In this document: piece after piece, positions 52,945-64,000 of the stretch
Numbering within the stretch: the stretch's first letter is position 1
Layout: every line of letters begins with the position of its first letter
From: Styela clava
Taxonomy: Eukaryota
Direction of reading: 5' to 3'
Length of the DNA: 64,000 nucleotides
Assembly: GCF_964204865.1 (NCBI RefSeq)
Contig: NC_135255.1
Location: 13,516,001-13,580,000 of the forward strand
Translations under genes and position numbers: made by a program
The notes under the pieces: model-generated
Told to the model about the DNA's origin: nothing
What the model saw: only the letters and a program-made list of their open reading frames with translations
Database searches by the model: none

Positions 52945-53700
52945 ACTTGTGGCATTAAGAAGTTAGAGGGGTAGCAAACCAACTCCTGGCTAACTAGAAT
53001 GCAATTTGTTTAAATGGGTTCATGCTGTTCCCCTACCTTGCCTGTGACCTCAAGGCGCCCAGAGATCTTGCTTGGGCCCGACGTTATTCTGTATTTTTAT
53101 CAATGATTTCCCCCACAGCTTCACACTATTTTCAAAATTGTTCGCTGATGACACAAACCTTCATGATAGCGACAAGTCTCCGGATGTGCTTGAGTCCAGA
53201 GTGAACACTAAAATACAAAAAAGTAGCAAATTGATGAAACTTAACAAACTAACATTGAATGTTGAAAAATCAAAAACTATGCTATTGCGGTAGATGCTGT
53301 ATCGGCTTAGGTGTTTCACTTCAATTTCAACTTTGTGCATGGTTTACTTTGTCTTGTTTCAGTCTCATTTGCAATATGGATTTGTAAATTGGGGATCAGC
53401 TAAGAAAACCATTCTACGTCGAATCGAGATAATTCAAAACAGCGCCATGTGTGCTGTACTCTTTGCTGAGCCAATGTCAAAATTAAATCCCCACTACCAT
53501 AAGATGCAACTAATCAAAATGGCAGATATTTATAAAATCGAGGTATTAAAACTCATGCACCAGCACCATAAAACTGCCTACTGTATTTTGTCAAACAAAC
53601 CAGTTGCCAGTGTACACTCTTGTGCAATTCGGTCCGCTGCCAATAGCCCATACTATGTGCCTCGCTATTCCTGTATTCCACCAATCAGCCAATTGTTATA
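52945..53700 (+). mobile_element. Truncated LINE (L2/CR1-group) RT fragment, paralog
   Basis: Near-identical to 28088-28850. Confidence 0.88.
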
Positions 53701-54251
53701 GATATAATATATGGAATGAGTGTTATCTTTATTTGTCCATGTTTTTTTATAATATGCTATCACCATCACCATAATAATTCTCATCAACACTGTTTACTTT
53801 GTTTCCAGTATTATTTGCTCCCACCTGACAGAGAAAAATAACTCCAGTACTGCAGTATGACTTTTTCCCACAAGTATTTTACCTCAATATCCTCAAGATT
53901 CCTTAATAGGCTATTCATCATCATTATATAAATTTGCATAAATGTTGTATTTTTACCCAAATAGTATGTGCACCTTGCAAGAGTCATAGCACAAAATAAC
54001 TTTATAGCTTATGAACTTTTCCAATAACTGAATGAAGGCAAACTTCATTTAATATTCTGTTACCTTTAATACTGTAATAGTCAATGTTCCATAACAGGCT
54101 AATCATCATTGTATTATTATATTCCATATACGTTGTTTAATAATTTTCCATTATTATGTGTTCCACGCATTGACATTTCTCTGCATAAAATCCAAATTAT
54201 GTATTTCCAGTTCCACTGTTGTTGCGGGGAATCCCCATGTAGTTCGTAGCG

Positions 54252-54618
54252 GGCTCGGCGGTGTGGCTCATTGTGCTCAAAGTGACTATAAACTTATAGT
54301 CGCTTTGATCGTGCTAAGCGTTAGGAATACGCTCGCCCCCGCATCTCTGATTACTCTGCATGGGTTCGCAGGTTCGAATATCATGCGGGATAGTTATGTG
54401 CGGGAAGATTGCTGGACTCCTCGCCGTCGTAGGGTGGATCACGTAACCGCTGGCCGGTTACGGCTTCCTCTACCATCAAGTCCATGCTTCCGGAACAAAT
54501 AACTAACTAATCCCATACCCGACATGGACTGGTAACCGGACGAGATGCCGTGGTTCGCCATATGGATAAGCCGTCTTATCGACTTTCCTCTCCCCCGGGA
54601 TAAATTTATAAATCCTAT
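54252..54618 (+). mobile_element. tRNA-SINE with a 30-bp hairpin insert in its A box; paralog split as 29395-29452 + 37086-37401
   Basis: High similarity to 7972-8321. Confidence 0.9.
54278..54307. other. Probable P-element excision footprint (paralog 29421-29450)
   Basis: caaagtgactataa-ac-ttatagtcgctttg hairpin flanked by attgtgct / atcgtgct. Confidence 0.65.
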
Positions 54619-57600
54619 CGTGCTTCTTCCCATCCACACGCTTTGGTCCAAACCCAGGTTCGCGGGCCACATGTGGCCCACCGCTCCATTATCTGTGGCC
54701 CGCGTCGCATTTGCGCCAACGTAGACAAAAAATCGTATTTGGTGTTGTTTCGTCAAAATAAAAATAACCGGAAAAATCTTTTGACATATTGTTACATCAC
54801 TAATTTAACTGAATTGACTAGTGTTATGGCTAGTGAAGTTGAATAATAATGTGCTCGGCTAGTCTAAATTGTCAACTGGCTTTCTATTTTTTTGGGGGTC
54901 GGGAATATCTGCTAACAAAATAGGCTTCATAGAAAACTAAAAATCAAATGAGTTGGTGATACATGATAACTGAATATTACTGTAATGGCCTAACAATATA
55001 ATTCCTGCGGGTGTTTTATTGCAACCAGTCTTAACAGTAATACAAAAAATGCTGCCTATATATCAGAAAATTTAGTAATTACCCTTCTGTATCTCAAATT
55101 AGGTAAAATTCGGTAATCAGTCAATTTGCAGTTATTTGTAGGTTATTTTGTAAATATGAGTTTGAAAAGAAAGCTGACTAATTTAAAGAGATATTTGACT
55201 TAATATAGGAAGGAAAATACCACAATGTTTGCTTAAATATGTCTGCAAATTGTGTCGGTGACAATCTAAAACGGCATTTTCTCATTATGTCACTTTATCC
55301 GTTATGATGAGTAACAAACGTGAAGAGTGACAAACTTTATGTATTCCACTTTGATATAAAATAATAATATCCCGTGCCGCTTGTGCGGACAGGACATGCC
55401 ATTAATCTTTGAAAATTCAACACTTTATCGGTATATACCGATACGTAATTTTGATAAATACGGTCATCTTCGACAGGGAAAGGCGCAATTTCTAAGTTAG
55501 TAATTTTAGGTTCAAGGTGTGTGACAAACTTTATTTATTCTACTTTGATATATAATAATAAAACCGCGTGCCTCTTGCGCGGCGGCCATGCTATTAATCT
55601 TTGGGAATTGCAATATTTAACACTTTATCGCCATAGGTAATTTTGATAAATAGGGGTATCTTCAAAAAGGGAAAGATCCCAATTTCTAAGTTCGAGTAGC
55701 TCTATAGGTTCTAAGTGTGTGACAACTTTATATATTCCAACTTGACATAAAATCGCATACCTCCTGTGCGGATACCGGTTTCATGTCATATTACCATTTT
55801 CAATGAGTTGCATTTACTTTTAAAAATCAGTTGAATAAAACAAATCAGCCGGTTCCGCGTTCATTATTTTGTTTCAGTTAGTATTGTATTATCTACCACT
55901 AGAGATTCTTGTATCGATACCCAACACCACTAAAATTTATGAGAATGTGATAGATACTTAGTTTATACGCGTAGAACGGCGACGCTACATTTTGTGAACT
56001 GGTGAAACTGTCGTCGATTGTGTCTGCAGTCCTATTCCCTAACTAAAGTGGAGCCCCAGTTTGAAGAGCCCTGTTCTAGACATTGACAGGGATAAACAAA
56101 GAGAAGGATATGGATAAATATCAAAACCTTATATCGACATAAAAACTATTCTTTGATGTCCTTTCATTTCTAAATCTGGACAAAATGTAAGGAGATCCAA
56201 GTTTGATAACAAAATGCAGACAAAGTTACGCAAATGTATTTATTAAAAAAAGTAATAATATGCCATCAAAAGCATTTTTGCTTGCAGTGAGTGTCCAAGT
56301 GAAAAATGGAATACAGAAAAGGGATAAAGCAGTGACGGAAACATAAATACAAAGACTGAAAAAATAAAAACTGCTGAAGATCAAAAAAAATCTTGGATCT
56401 TCTAAACTTCCAAATTTGCAGAAAATGAGATATTCTAGACAAGGATCTTCTCACGAACTTGACAATAATTGAGCATCATTCACAGGAACAAATCGTATGC
56501 ACAAAACTTTGGTTTAGGTCGGAAGGAACCATCCAGTTTCTTGACAATATTCTGGTGCAGAATTGATCTTCACAAACACTTTCCATCATTCGTTATGGTT
56601 ACACTTAAACTAAGCAAGTAGTCCTACAATACACCAAGTACTGCATAAAACAAAACAATATTAATTGGCATCTGCAAAGCCCATGAAGGAGCCGAGATGC
56701 GAAAATAACAGTTCAAGTTTGTTGTAGAACGGAACCTAGTGCAGTATTAAACAGTACTTACTGCAAGTTGAGGAGACCGGGTACTGCAGAATATGAAAAT
56801 CGAAGATATACCTGAAAAAAAATAAGTGGCAAAGATGTGTAGAAAAGATTGATGTTATGAGAGTTTTTTTTTATATTTTGCTCTATCGAAATGGAAGAAA
56901 AGTTTGATTAGGACAAATACAGGCAACCACCCTGCTGTATTCTAAGGGCGCCCACTTCCGAATACCCTACATTTCTATTTTCTGATGCAAAATATACTGT
57001 ATAAAGTAAAATATTGAGATGCTTAATATAGTAACAAAGATAACCAACCACTCTCACCTTTTTATTGCAAGAAATTAACTTGAGGAGTTTTGGGCAGAAG
57101 ACATCCTGCATCCATCTGTAACCATGATGAACATCGAATCTTTTCCGGAATAAAATCCTCAGGTTTCGCATATGTTTTCAGAGTGGTGAGATACTGCAGT
57201 AACAGAGAAAACGTATATTGGAACAAATAAATCGTAACAACATTGTGTAGAATGGAAAGGAAAATAGAAAAAAAATAACGAATCAAACAATCCACAATGT
57301 CAGTTCTTTTCACGGTTTCAATACAAGACATCTTGAGTAATTTCCGAAGCAATCAAAACACCTCCAACAGGCAATGCAAGAGTGATTTCAAATATCTGAA
57401 GTTACTATAAACTTTATCTGCCTCTCTTAACACAATACTCTATCCTGTTGTTCCTAAACTGTTCTGATGAAGAGACTAAATACAAGTCGATATAAATATT
57501 TATCCTGAAATTTTAGATTGGATGTTTCCTAAATATGCATGTTAATATTCGATAATAGGAAGAAAAAAATCCAGGAGCCCTAAGTCTGCTGAAACTATAC

Positions 57601-58590
57601 TGAAATCAAATGAATATGAGTGTCTTATTACTTTATAATAGGGCATTCCTAAAATAGTGTGAGAAAGAATTTAAAAAGAAAATTTCTTTATTTTTCTTCA
57701 GAATGCAAAATAATAGGAATGTCCATAGAATTCAGACACGACGAAGCCCGGGTTTCAGGGCTATAACATGCAGAAAACGCAATTTACTGCTCTAAAATAT
57801 TCTGAATAAACTGTACAAATTCAAAAACGTGAAGATTCCAGACTTCAAAGTCAAAACTAAAAGAATGACGAAATTCAAGCAAAGGAATAAATTAACAGTT
57901 TTAAATGATTTGGTTTCTGCAGACGAACTACTTAACTTTTATGCTTTTGTGTCGATGAATCCATATGCACTCAATGCAAGAATGCTGTAGTAACAGTGGA
58001 GATAACTATCCTAGTGATTCAAAAGTCTTGGTGCACACTAACACAAATATATTTCTATAACGTTTCATCTGACATTGAACTTGAAACAATGATGACAGGC
58101 TTTCAAATCAAACTGAAATGCTAGTCTTTCAACCAGCAAGATTATTAAAACTTCTGGTTTATCGCTATCAAAACAAAGCAGTTTTACAATCCAACATCCT
58201 GACTCTTGATTCATTGAAATAAGAAAGTGCATCTGATTTCAGTACTAGTTTAAGAGAATAAACATTTAACTGTGGCAAATACAAGACACATTCAAAAATC
58301 TCATTCTATTAAAGCTGGAAATTTTCTACCTGCATCTTAAGGACATCTGAAATTAAAACTCCCATAATGGCTAGTTAATCTGAAAGTATGAAAATATGAC
58401 CCACAAAAAACTTTAAAATGAATGCAATCAAAATAAATCGATTTTACGTACATTTGCAAGAAGCCACATGGTCCCAATTTTTGTATGAAATTATCACTTT
58501 ACAAATATAACAACTTTCTAATTGCACTCACCTGTTGCCCAGGAAACAAAGTTTAAAACATTTTACTAGTTGAGAAAAATTTATATTTAC

Positions 58591-61500
58591 ATCAGTCCAC
58601 AGCTCACGAGAATACGGTACTGCATCCACAGACCGCCGGGACAGATGTATTGCCTAAAATAGGGATTATTTTCAATAAACATAATTGTCACTTTGTCAAT
58701 TTCACAAAATCAAAACTTGATACCCGTACCTTTGATATTCTTCCACGAGAGAAAAGTGACGAGACCGATCTAGTGAATTTTGTGAAAAAAAAAATATAGA
58801 AATTATTAAGTTCCCTCATGAAACTTTTATAAATCAATTAAAGAAGGGATTTAAACATTTAACATCTATTTACTTAGCTTTACATACAACTCGTAAGAAA
58901 AGATGTTGATTAACATAAAACTTGAATAGAAAATAAATCAAATATTAATCAAAAGATTATTCAAGATTTACTACATTTTCCATATCATCATGTTTTGACA
59001 CAATGTAGTTGAAGTTATCCTCCATAATATGGAAACGATTGTTGAGTCATCTCCAAAACTGAGAAAATGTCGGCAAGCCCTGGAATATAAAAATATATTC
59101 CATAAAATTTGGAATATCTGAGTTAATGTTCCCGAAACCTTGATCTAAAATGCTGATGAAAGTACAGTCGAAATTGAAAAACCAAACAAATATTATTTTT
59201 CCATTACAAGATAATTTACAAAGACTGTGTATATCAAATACTAATTCTAAATGCCTATGAAGAACGCTAAAGCTAAAATGTTTCTACAATAACATTTCTA
59301 AATTTGGTATACCCTAATGGTCCCTTGTTTGATTGGAAAATTGTTGTTAAAGAATTCCTTTTACTTGAATATAAATTCAAAAATTCACCAAATCAAATAC
59401 AAATATTCATAAACTTATTTAAATAGCTGCATATTAGTTTGCGCTCCCGAAGTATGTGAACCAAAATGGCAGACACCGGAACGTAGTACGTGTACTAGGT
59501 TAGGGTTAGGCCATATTTTTATGCCAATTTTTCTTATTTTAGTTCTACTACGAGTTCAGGGACTAGGCAAGTGACTCCTATACTTTGTACCTGAAATTAT
59601 GGCCTAGCCCTAACCTGGCACACATACTACGCTCGAGTGTTTGCCATTTTGGTTCACATACTACAGGAGTACCTACTAGTTTACCTTCCAACAAATCACC
59701 ATTTATCCACTTACCTCAATAACAGTGGAACATTATACGGCATCAGATCAGTAAGAAAATTATAAGCAGTTGATATGTGTTGCCTTGTATGAAAGCATGA
59801 TAAGTAGATAGACGCAACCTGAAGTTTATAAAATAGTAAAATCAATATCATCATGTAAATACTGTCGTTATCAAAAATCGTTCGGTCTACGCATTATTAT
59901 ATTTTATATGTAAAATATTTAGTATCCTAAATGAGTTTATTATCATTAAGCAAAAAAGCAAAATCACAAAAATCTTTATTATTCCGAGAATTAGACATAA
60001 ACATCTATAAAACATAAAAAGATATCAATTTTAATAAGCAACTGTACACTTACTATTATTATGCATCATGTTAGAATCTGGTAACCTAGAGCATAGGTTC
60101 TCAAAGTGCTCCGTACGGAGCCCCAGGGCTCCGCAAGAGAAACCCAGGGGCTCCGCGAGCTATTCGATTACTTTTTAAAATACTGACTAATTTCGTAACT
60201 GTTCAAAGAAGCAATAACAGCTTTGATAATATATGACAACAGTATAGCCTCGAAATATGGCAAAGAGGCGGAATTAAAAAATGACATTGTTTATAAGCAG
60301 GAGCGCAGCAAGGATTCTTAGGAGGGAGGTGGTTCAAAATTGGAATCGGAAATTTCCGCGCAACATTTTTTGCGATTAAAAAAACGGATAACGAGATTTC
60401 TGTTGCGTAAAATATTCAATCCATGTCCATGTCCACATATTCAATCGTTACTCACGTTTGATTCGAGATTACTATTAGGATTACTAAAATGAAAGCATAC
60501 TATTCTAAAATAACATAAAATACGTGATAAACTGCCAACTATAAATAAATTGGAGTCGTATTTTTGCGATCTTGGAATTTGTCAAACTTGATTCGTTCTT
60601 TCGCACTTAAGATTATTTTTGGGCAAGATATCGCCGTTTATAAAATCGCAATGTCTGGGCAAAATACGAACAATTGAAATTTATTTTATTGCATTCGGCT
60701 CCGTTGGTAGTTTCAGAATAAAAAAGGGTACATCGCGGATCGCGCGCACAATTGATTGCGTGCGGCTCCGTCGGTAGTTTCAAAATGGGAAAAAAAGGTA
60801 CATCGCGCATACAATTGACTGTGTTTCGATTTCGCGGTTACTACTACGATGAAAGCCTAACATAACACCAAATTTTGTGATTTACAACGTCTATAAAAGC
60901 ATTTTCAATCTGAGGCGAGTCTGCTGAAACCAAACGTGTGATCTTCCATTTTAAGTTTTAGTTTTAATATTTTAGAATGCCGCTTTTCAATCAAGAAATG
61001 TGAGTTGCGGATTTATCTCTTTATTAATTAATATTTTTAGCATTTCATCGTCGATGACTATAATATGGTAACATATTTTTCACATTCAACTGATGATTCC
61101 CCACGAGAACAAAAAAGCAATTAACGTCGTCATTGTGTAACAATACATGTATATGCCGATCGACCCCTAATTTATTAGTATGTTTGTCAAGTGTCAAATT
61201 TACAGCTTTAGTATATATATATAATTTATGCTTAAAATTTAGTTTTATTTATGACTTGCATCAACCCTATTAAAAAAGGTTCAGCATTTAAATTGGGTAA
61301 AGTACTTTTAACTTGCTCAGGAATATTAATCTGAAAGTAACAATTTTAACATTTATTTTGGGGCTCCGTGAATAATAGTCAACCTTTTCAAGGGCTCCGC
61401 AACACCAAAAGTTTGGGAACCCCTGACCTAGAGTACATCATCACCAATAAGTTCACATTATATTTCTACCTGATTATGAAATGTGTAGTCAGAAAATCTG

Positions 61501-61665
61501 GCATCAGAGCTGAGCAATTCATCAATGGCTAAATCTGGAGAACAAGTTGTTATGCATCGACGAATAACTGCAGTAAAATTCTTTAGCCATATTTGACGCA
61601 TTTTTACAGTTATTGTTGTTGGTTCGACTAGTTTTGAAGCAAGATGCTGACGATATAGAAGATAT
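58591..61665 (-). CDS. ZFC3H1: ZFC3H1-like exons, copy delta (61470-61665, 59715-59818, 58975-59079, 58730-58769, 58591-58653); upstream exons lie right of the window
   Basis: Same exon sizes and splice sites as beta/gamma, no lesion noticed in the visible exons. Confidence 0.72.
60092..61425. mobile_element. hAT (Charlie-like) non-autonomous element
   Basis: TIR cataggttctcaaa / tttgggaacccctg; TSD acctagag; gggctccg subterminal repeats. Confidence 0.9.
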
Positions 61666-61752
61666 CTGTAAAGAAAATTTAATATAAAAAAAATGGACTC
61701 AGGATATTTTTTTTCCAAATGGGAGATGCTTTGACCATTTATGTAGTAGTAG

Positions 61753-63951
61753 TAGGGATGCGACAAGATTCGGACTCGTGCTCGGATTCGTGGCCGAATC
61801 TCTCGTAATTTGATACTCGGATTCGGCCCGAGTCTTTGATGATTTTACCCGAGTCCCGGATATCATACGTCACGCGATAGTCAAGCGCAGACTGGTGGCG
61901 GATTCGACGAGAAATTCAACTTTTTCGTTCTGTTTTGCCACGAGACTGTTCAATCTATTTTCTCTACGGTGAAATTAAAACTACGCGCCAAAACTACAAA
62001 TTCACGACGCTGTAAGAACAAAAAAATGTCAGCGAAAGTCAGCTGAATAAATTCCAGTGTTGCGCGTGTAGCTTGCCTTCCAGTGCCAGACGTCGTTTAG
62101 TGAATGTTTACCACGTCCTATTTCAAGCATATACTTGCTAATCCTCTAACAGTGATTAATCCGTAATCAGCGGTAACCATGTCGTGCTGTTCGCCTGTTA
62201 TCGTTCCATAAATGATCTAGCTATTTCCGGAGAGAAACAAATGTTAGAAATAAAACAATAAAATAGTGAAAATTACGGTTCTTTTAAGAGAAAAGTACAA
62301 CTCGCAGATGTCAGTGGCGTTACAATCGTATATATGTACAAAAACAATCTCGCAAGCCGCATCGATTAAATGTGCATAAATTTGGAAACTAATACTCGTG
62401 GTAATTGGATGTTAATCGGGCCGACTTTTTATTTTTATTCAATAATTATTTACATACACCGCGATAGTGACGGGCAAAATCGAATTTTTCCTGATCGAAT
62501 AATTCGACTACCGTATTTCTTTTAATATACCGATAGTAGAAAATTACTAGAAGACTGGAGACTCGATAACAACGCGGCGTCTTTACTTCTTATCCGTAAT
62601 TTTATCACAATCGTGAATTGTTTTTTTTGTCACCGCGATCGTTTCGGCGACCGACATCCTAATTATGGTTGGTAAACTATATTTTTAAAGCACCCTTTTT
62701 CACTATCAGCTCTCACGCAACGCCGGACATCGAAGTTTCGTTTTTTATATTTCAGGCAGAAGTGTGAGTACAAATCGGCGAAGATATTAAAGACAGCTAT
62801 TAATTAGTGAATTCATAAACATATTAATTTTATTCTGGCCTCATCTTCCGGATTTGATCTTTCATATCACAGTTTGTAAATTACGATCCCTATTTTAAGC
62901 GAACAATACCTATCGTGGCTGTGTTATTTTAATATTAGATAATAAATAAAAACTCCGGAAATTTACCATTGCGTGCTGTTTCGAGTTATGGTATTTCCAC
63001 CTAGTCGAAACAATATTTCCATATAATACATAATTTACCTGCGTCACTTAATCTGGTTTGACGTTTCTATATGTGAAAAGGTGTTGGCGCGCTTTATGCA
63101 AAATTGGGAATTGTTAAGATAACGATAGGCGCAGAAAGAAAACCATAATAATTCTCACATTCATCGTTTCTGTCTGTTAGCGAAAGTCGTATGTGAATTC
63201 TTTCTAAATTAATGTTAATAAATTTGATTTTGCTTTTCAAAGCGCCGTTATTTGTATTAATGAAAATGATTGTGTCATACAGCCGTAACTTAGCATATAA
63301 CACATTTCGCCTTTTGCGTCTCTCTTATTGAATGAAAATCAACAATTACGCATTCTTATTTTCCGCAGATTCGACAATCGCTATTGATGGTTTTCAAACG
63401 AAGAATAGCTAGCTATTTTGTTACGATATATTTATAAGATACATTTATTCGATGCTTCCACAGTTGGCAATTCTTTATTAGTACCCCAATTATCACGGAG
63501 ATGGGCGTCCGTATCAGCGCCGACTAAAAAAGATAACATATGAGTAAAAATTTCCCATAAAAAATTTGTTCCAAACGTGTGGGTTATGGCCCGTATTTAT
63601 CGTGACAGGACACGAGCGCGGCGTCTTCAGCAGTCGACGCGGCGGTCGATCAGAGTTACGTAACAAAGTATTCCTTCGACGGGGAATATGACCTATTTAT
63701 TCTAATTTAAACTAGTCGCTCAGAGAATGAACGTCTCGAAAGCAATAGTGTTTATGTGCAACGTTTTCAAATTACATAGTCTTTTCATACAGAATTTTTA
63801 ATTTACGGCCAATATACGAGAACAACAGCATCACTTTAGGTATTTGTTTCGTAGCTATGTAAAAGTATTGGACTCGGGACTCGGACACGAGTCCAGCACA
63901 AATACTCGGGATTCGGCCGAGCCGAACCTTTTTGGATTCGTCGCATCCCTA
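61753..63951. mobile_element. hAT non-autonomous element, 2199 bp
   Basis: 12-bp TIR tagggatgcgac; perfect TSD agtagtag; empty site at 14312-14330; ggattcg/gactcg subterminal motifs. Confidence 0.92.
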
Positions 63952-64000
63952 AGTAGTAGTACTTACATATTTATCCTGGAGAAGAGAAAAGAATGGGAAT

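Larger units (their letters stand above)
2400..64000. repeat. Tandem direct segmental duplication, periods of about 17-29 kb depending on inserts
   Basis: Colinear high-identity anchors: 2805/22614/49289; 6840/27660/52520; 12501/41396/58591; 14040/44080/61470. Confidence 0.95.

Overview
AT-rich eukaryotic DNA with short GT-AG introns. It is an invertebrate animal, and an ascidian/tunicate is my guess (inference only). The window is a young tandem segmental-duplication array of about 3 units plus partial ends; equivalent points lie at 2805, 22614 and 49289. Each unit carries (i) a block of 3' exons of a ZFC3H1-like gene (PAXT nuclear-exosome adaptor, HAT-repeat region) on the minus strand and (ii) one or two 4-exon collectin genes (signal peptide, 9 Gly-X-Y with PGKRGP, coiled-coil neck, C-type lectin domain) on the plus strand, nested inside one ZFC3H1 intron. 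The four collectins are nearly identical in the stalk but hypervariable in the ligand-binding loops of a non-canonical CTLD, are mosaic between copies, and copies 2-4 have an upstream 16-bp-spaced paired CSL-like motif. Units differ by many TE insertions, whose TSDs can be read from paralogous empty sites. These include a P-superfamily element inserted inverted into a copy of itself at the edge of a probable P excision footprint, two different hAT elements at the same nucleotide, tRNA-SINEs, LINE RT fragments and several MITEs. Gene models were spliced by hand. Homology calls rest on recalled motifs, not database searches.
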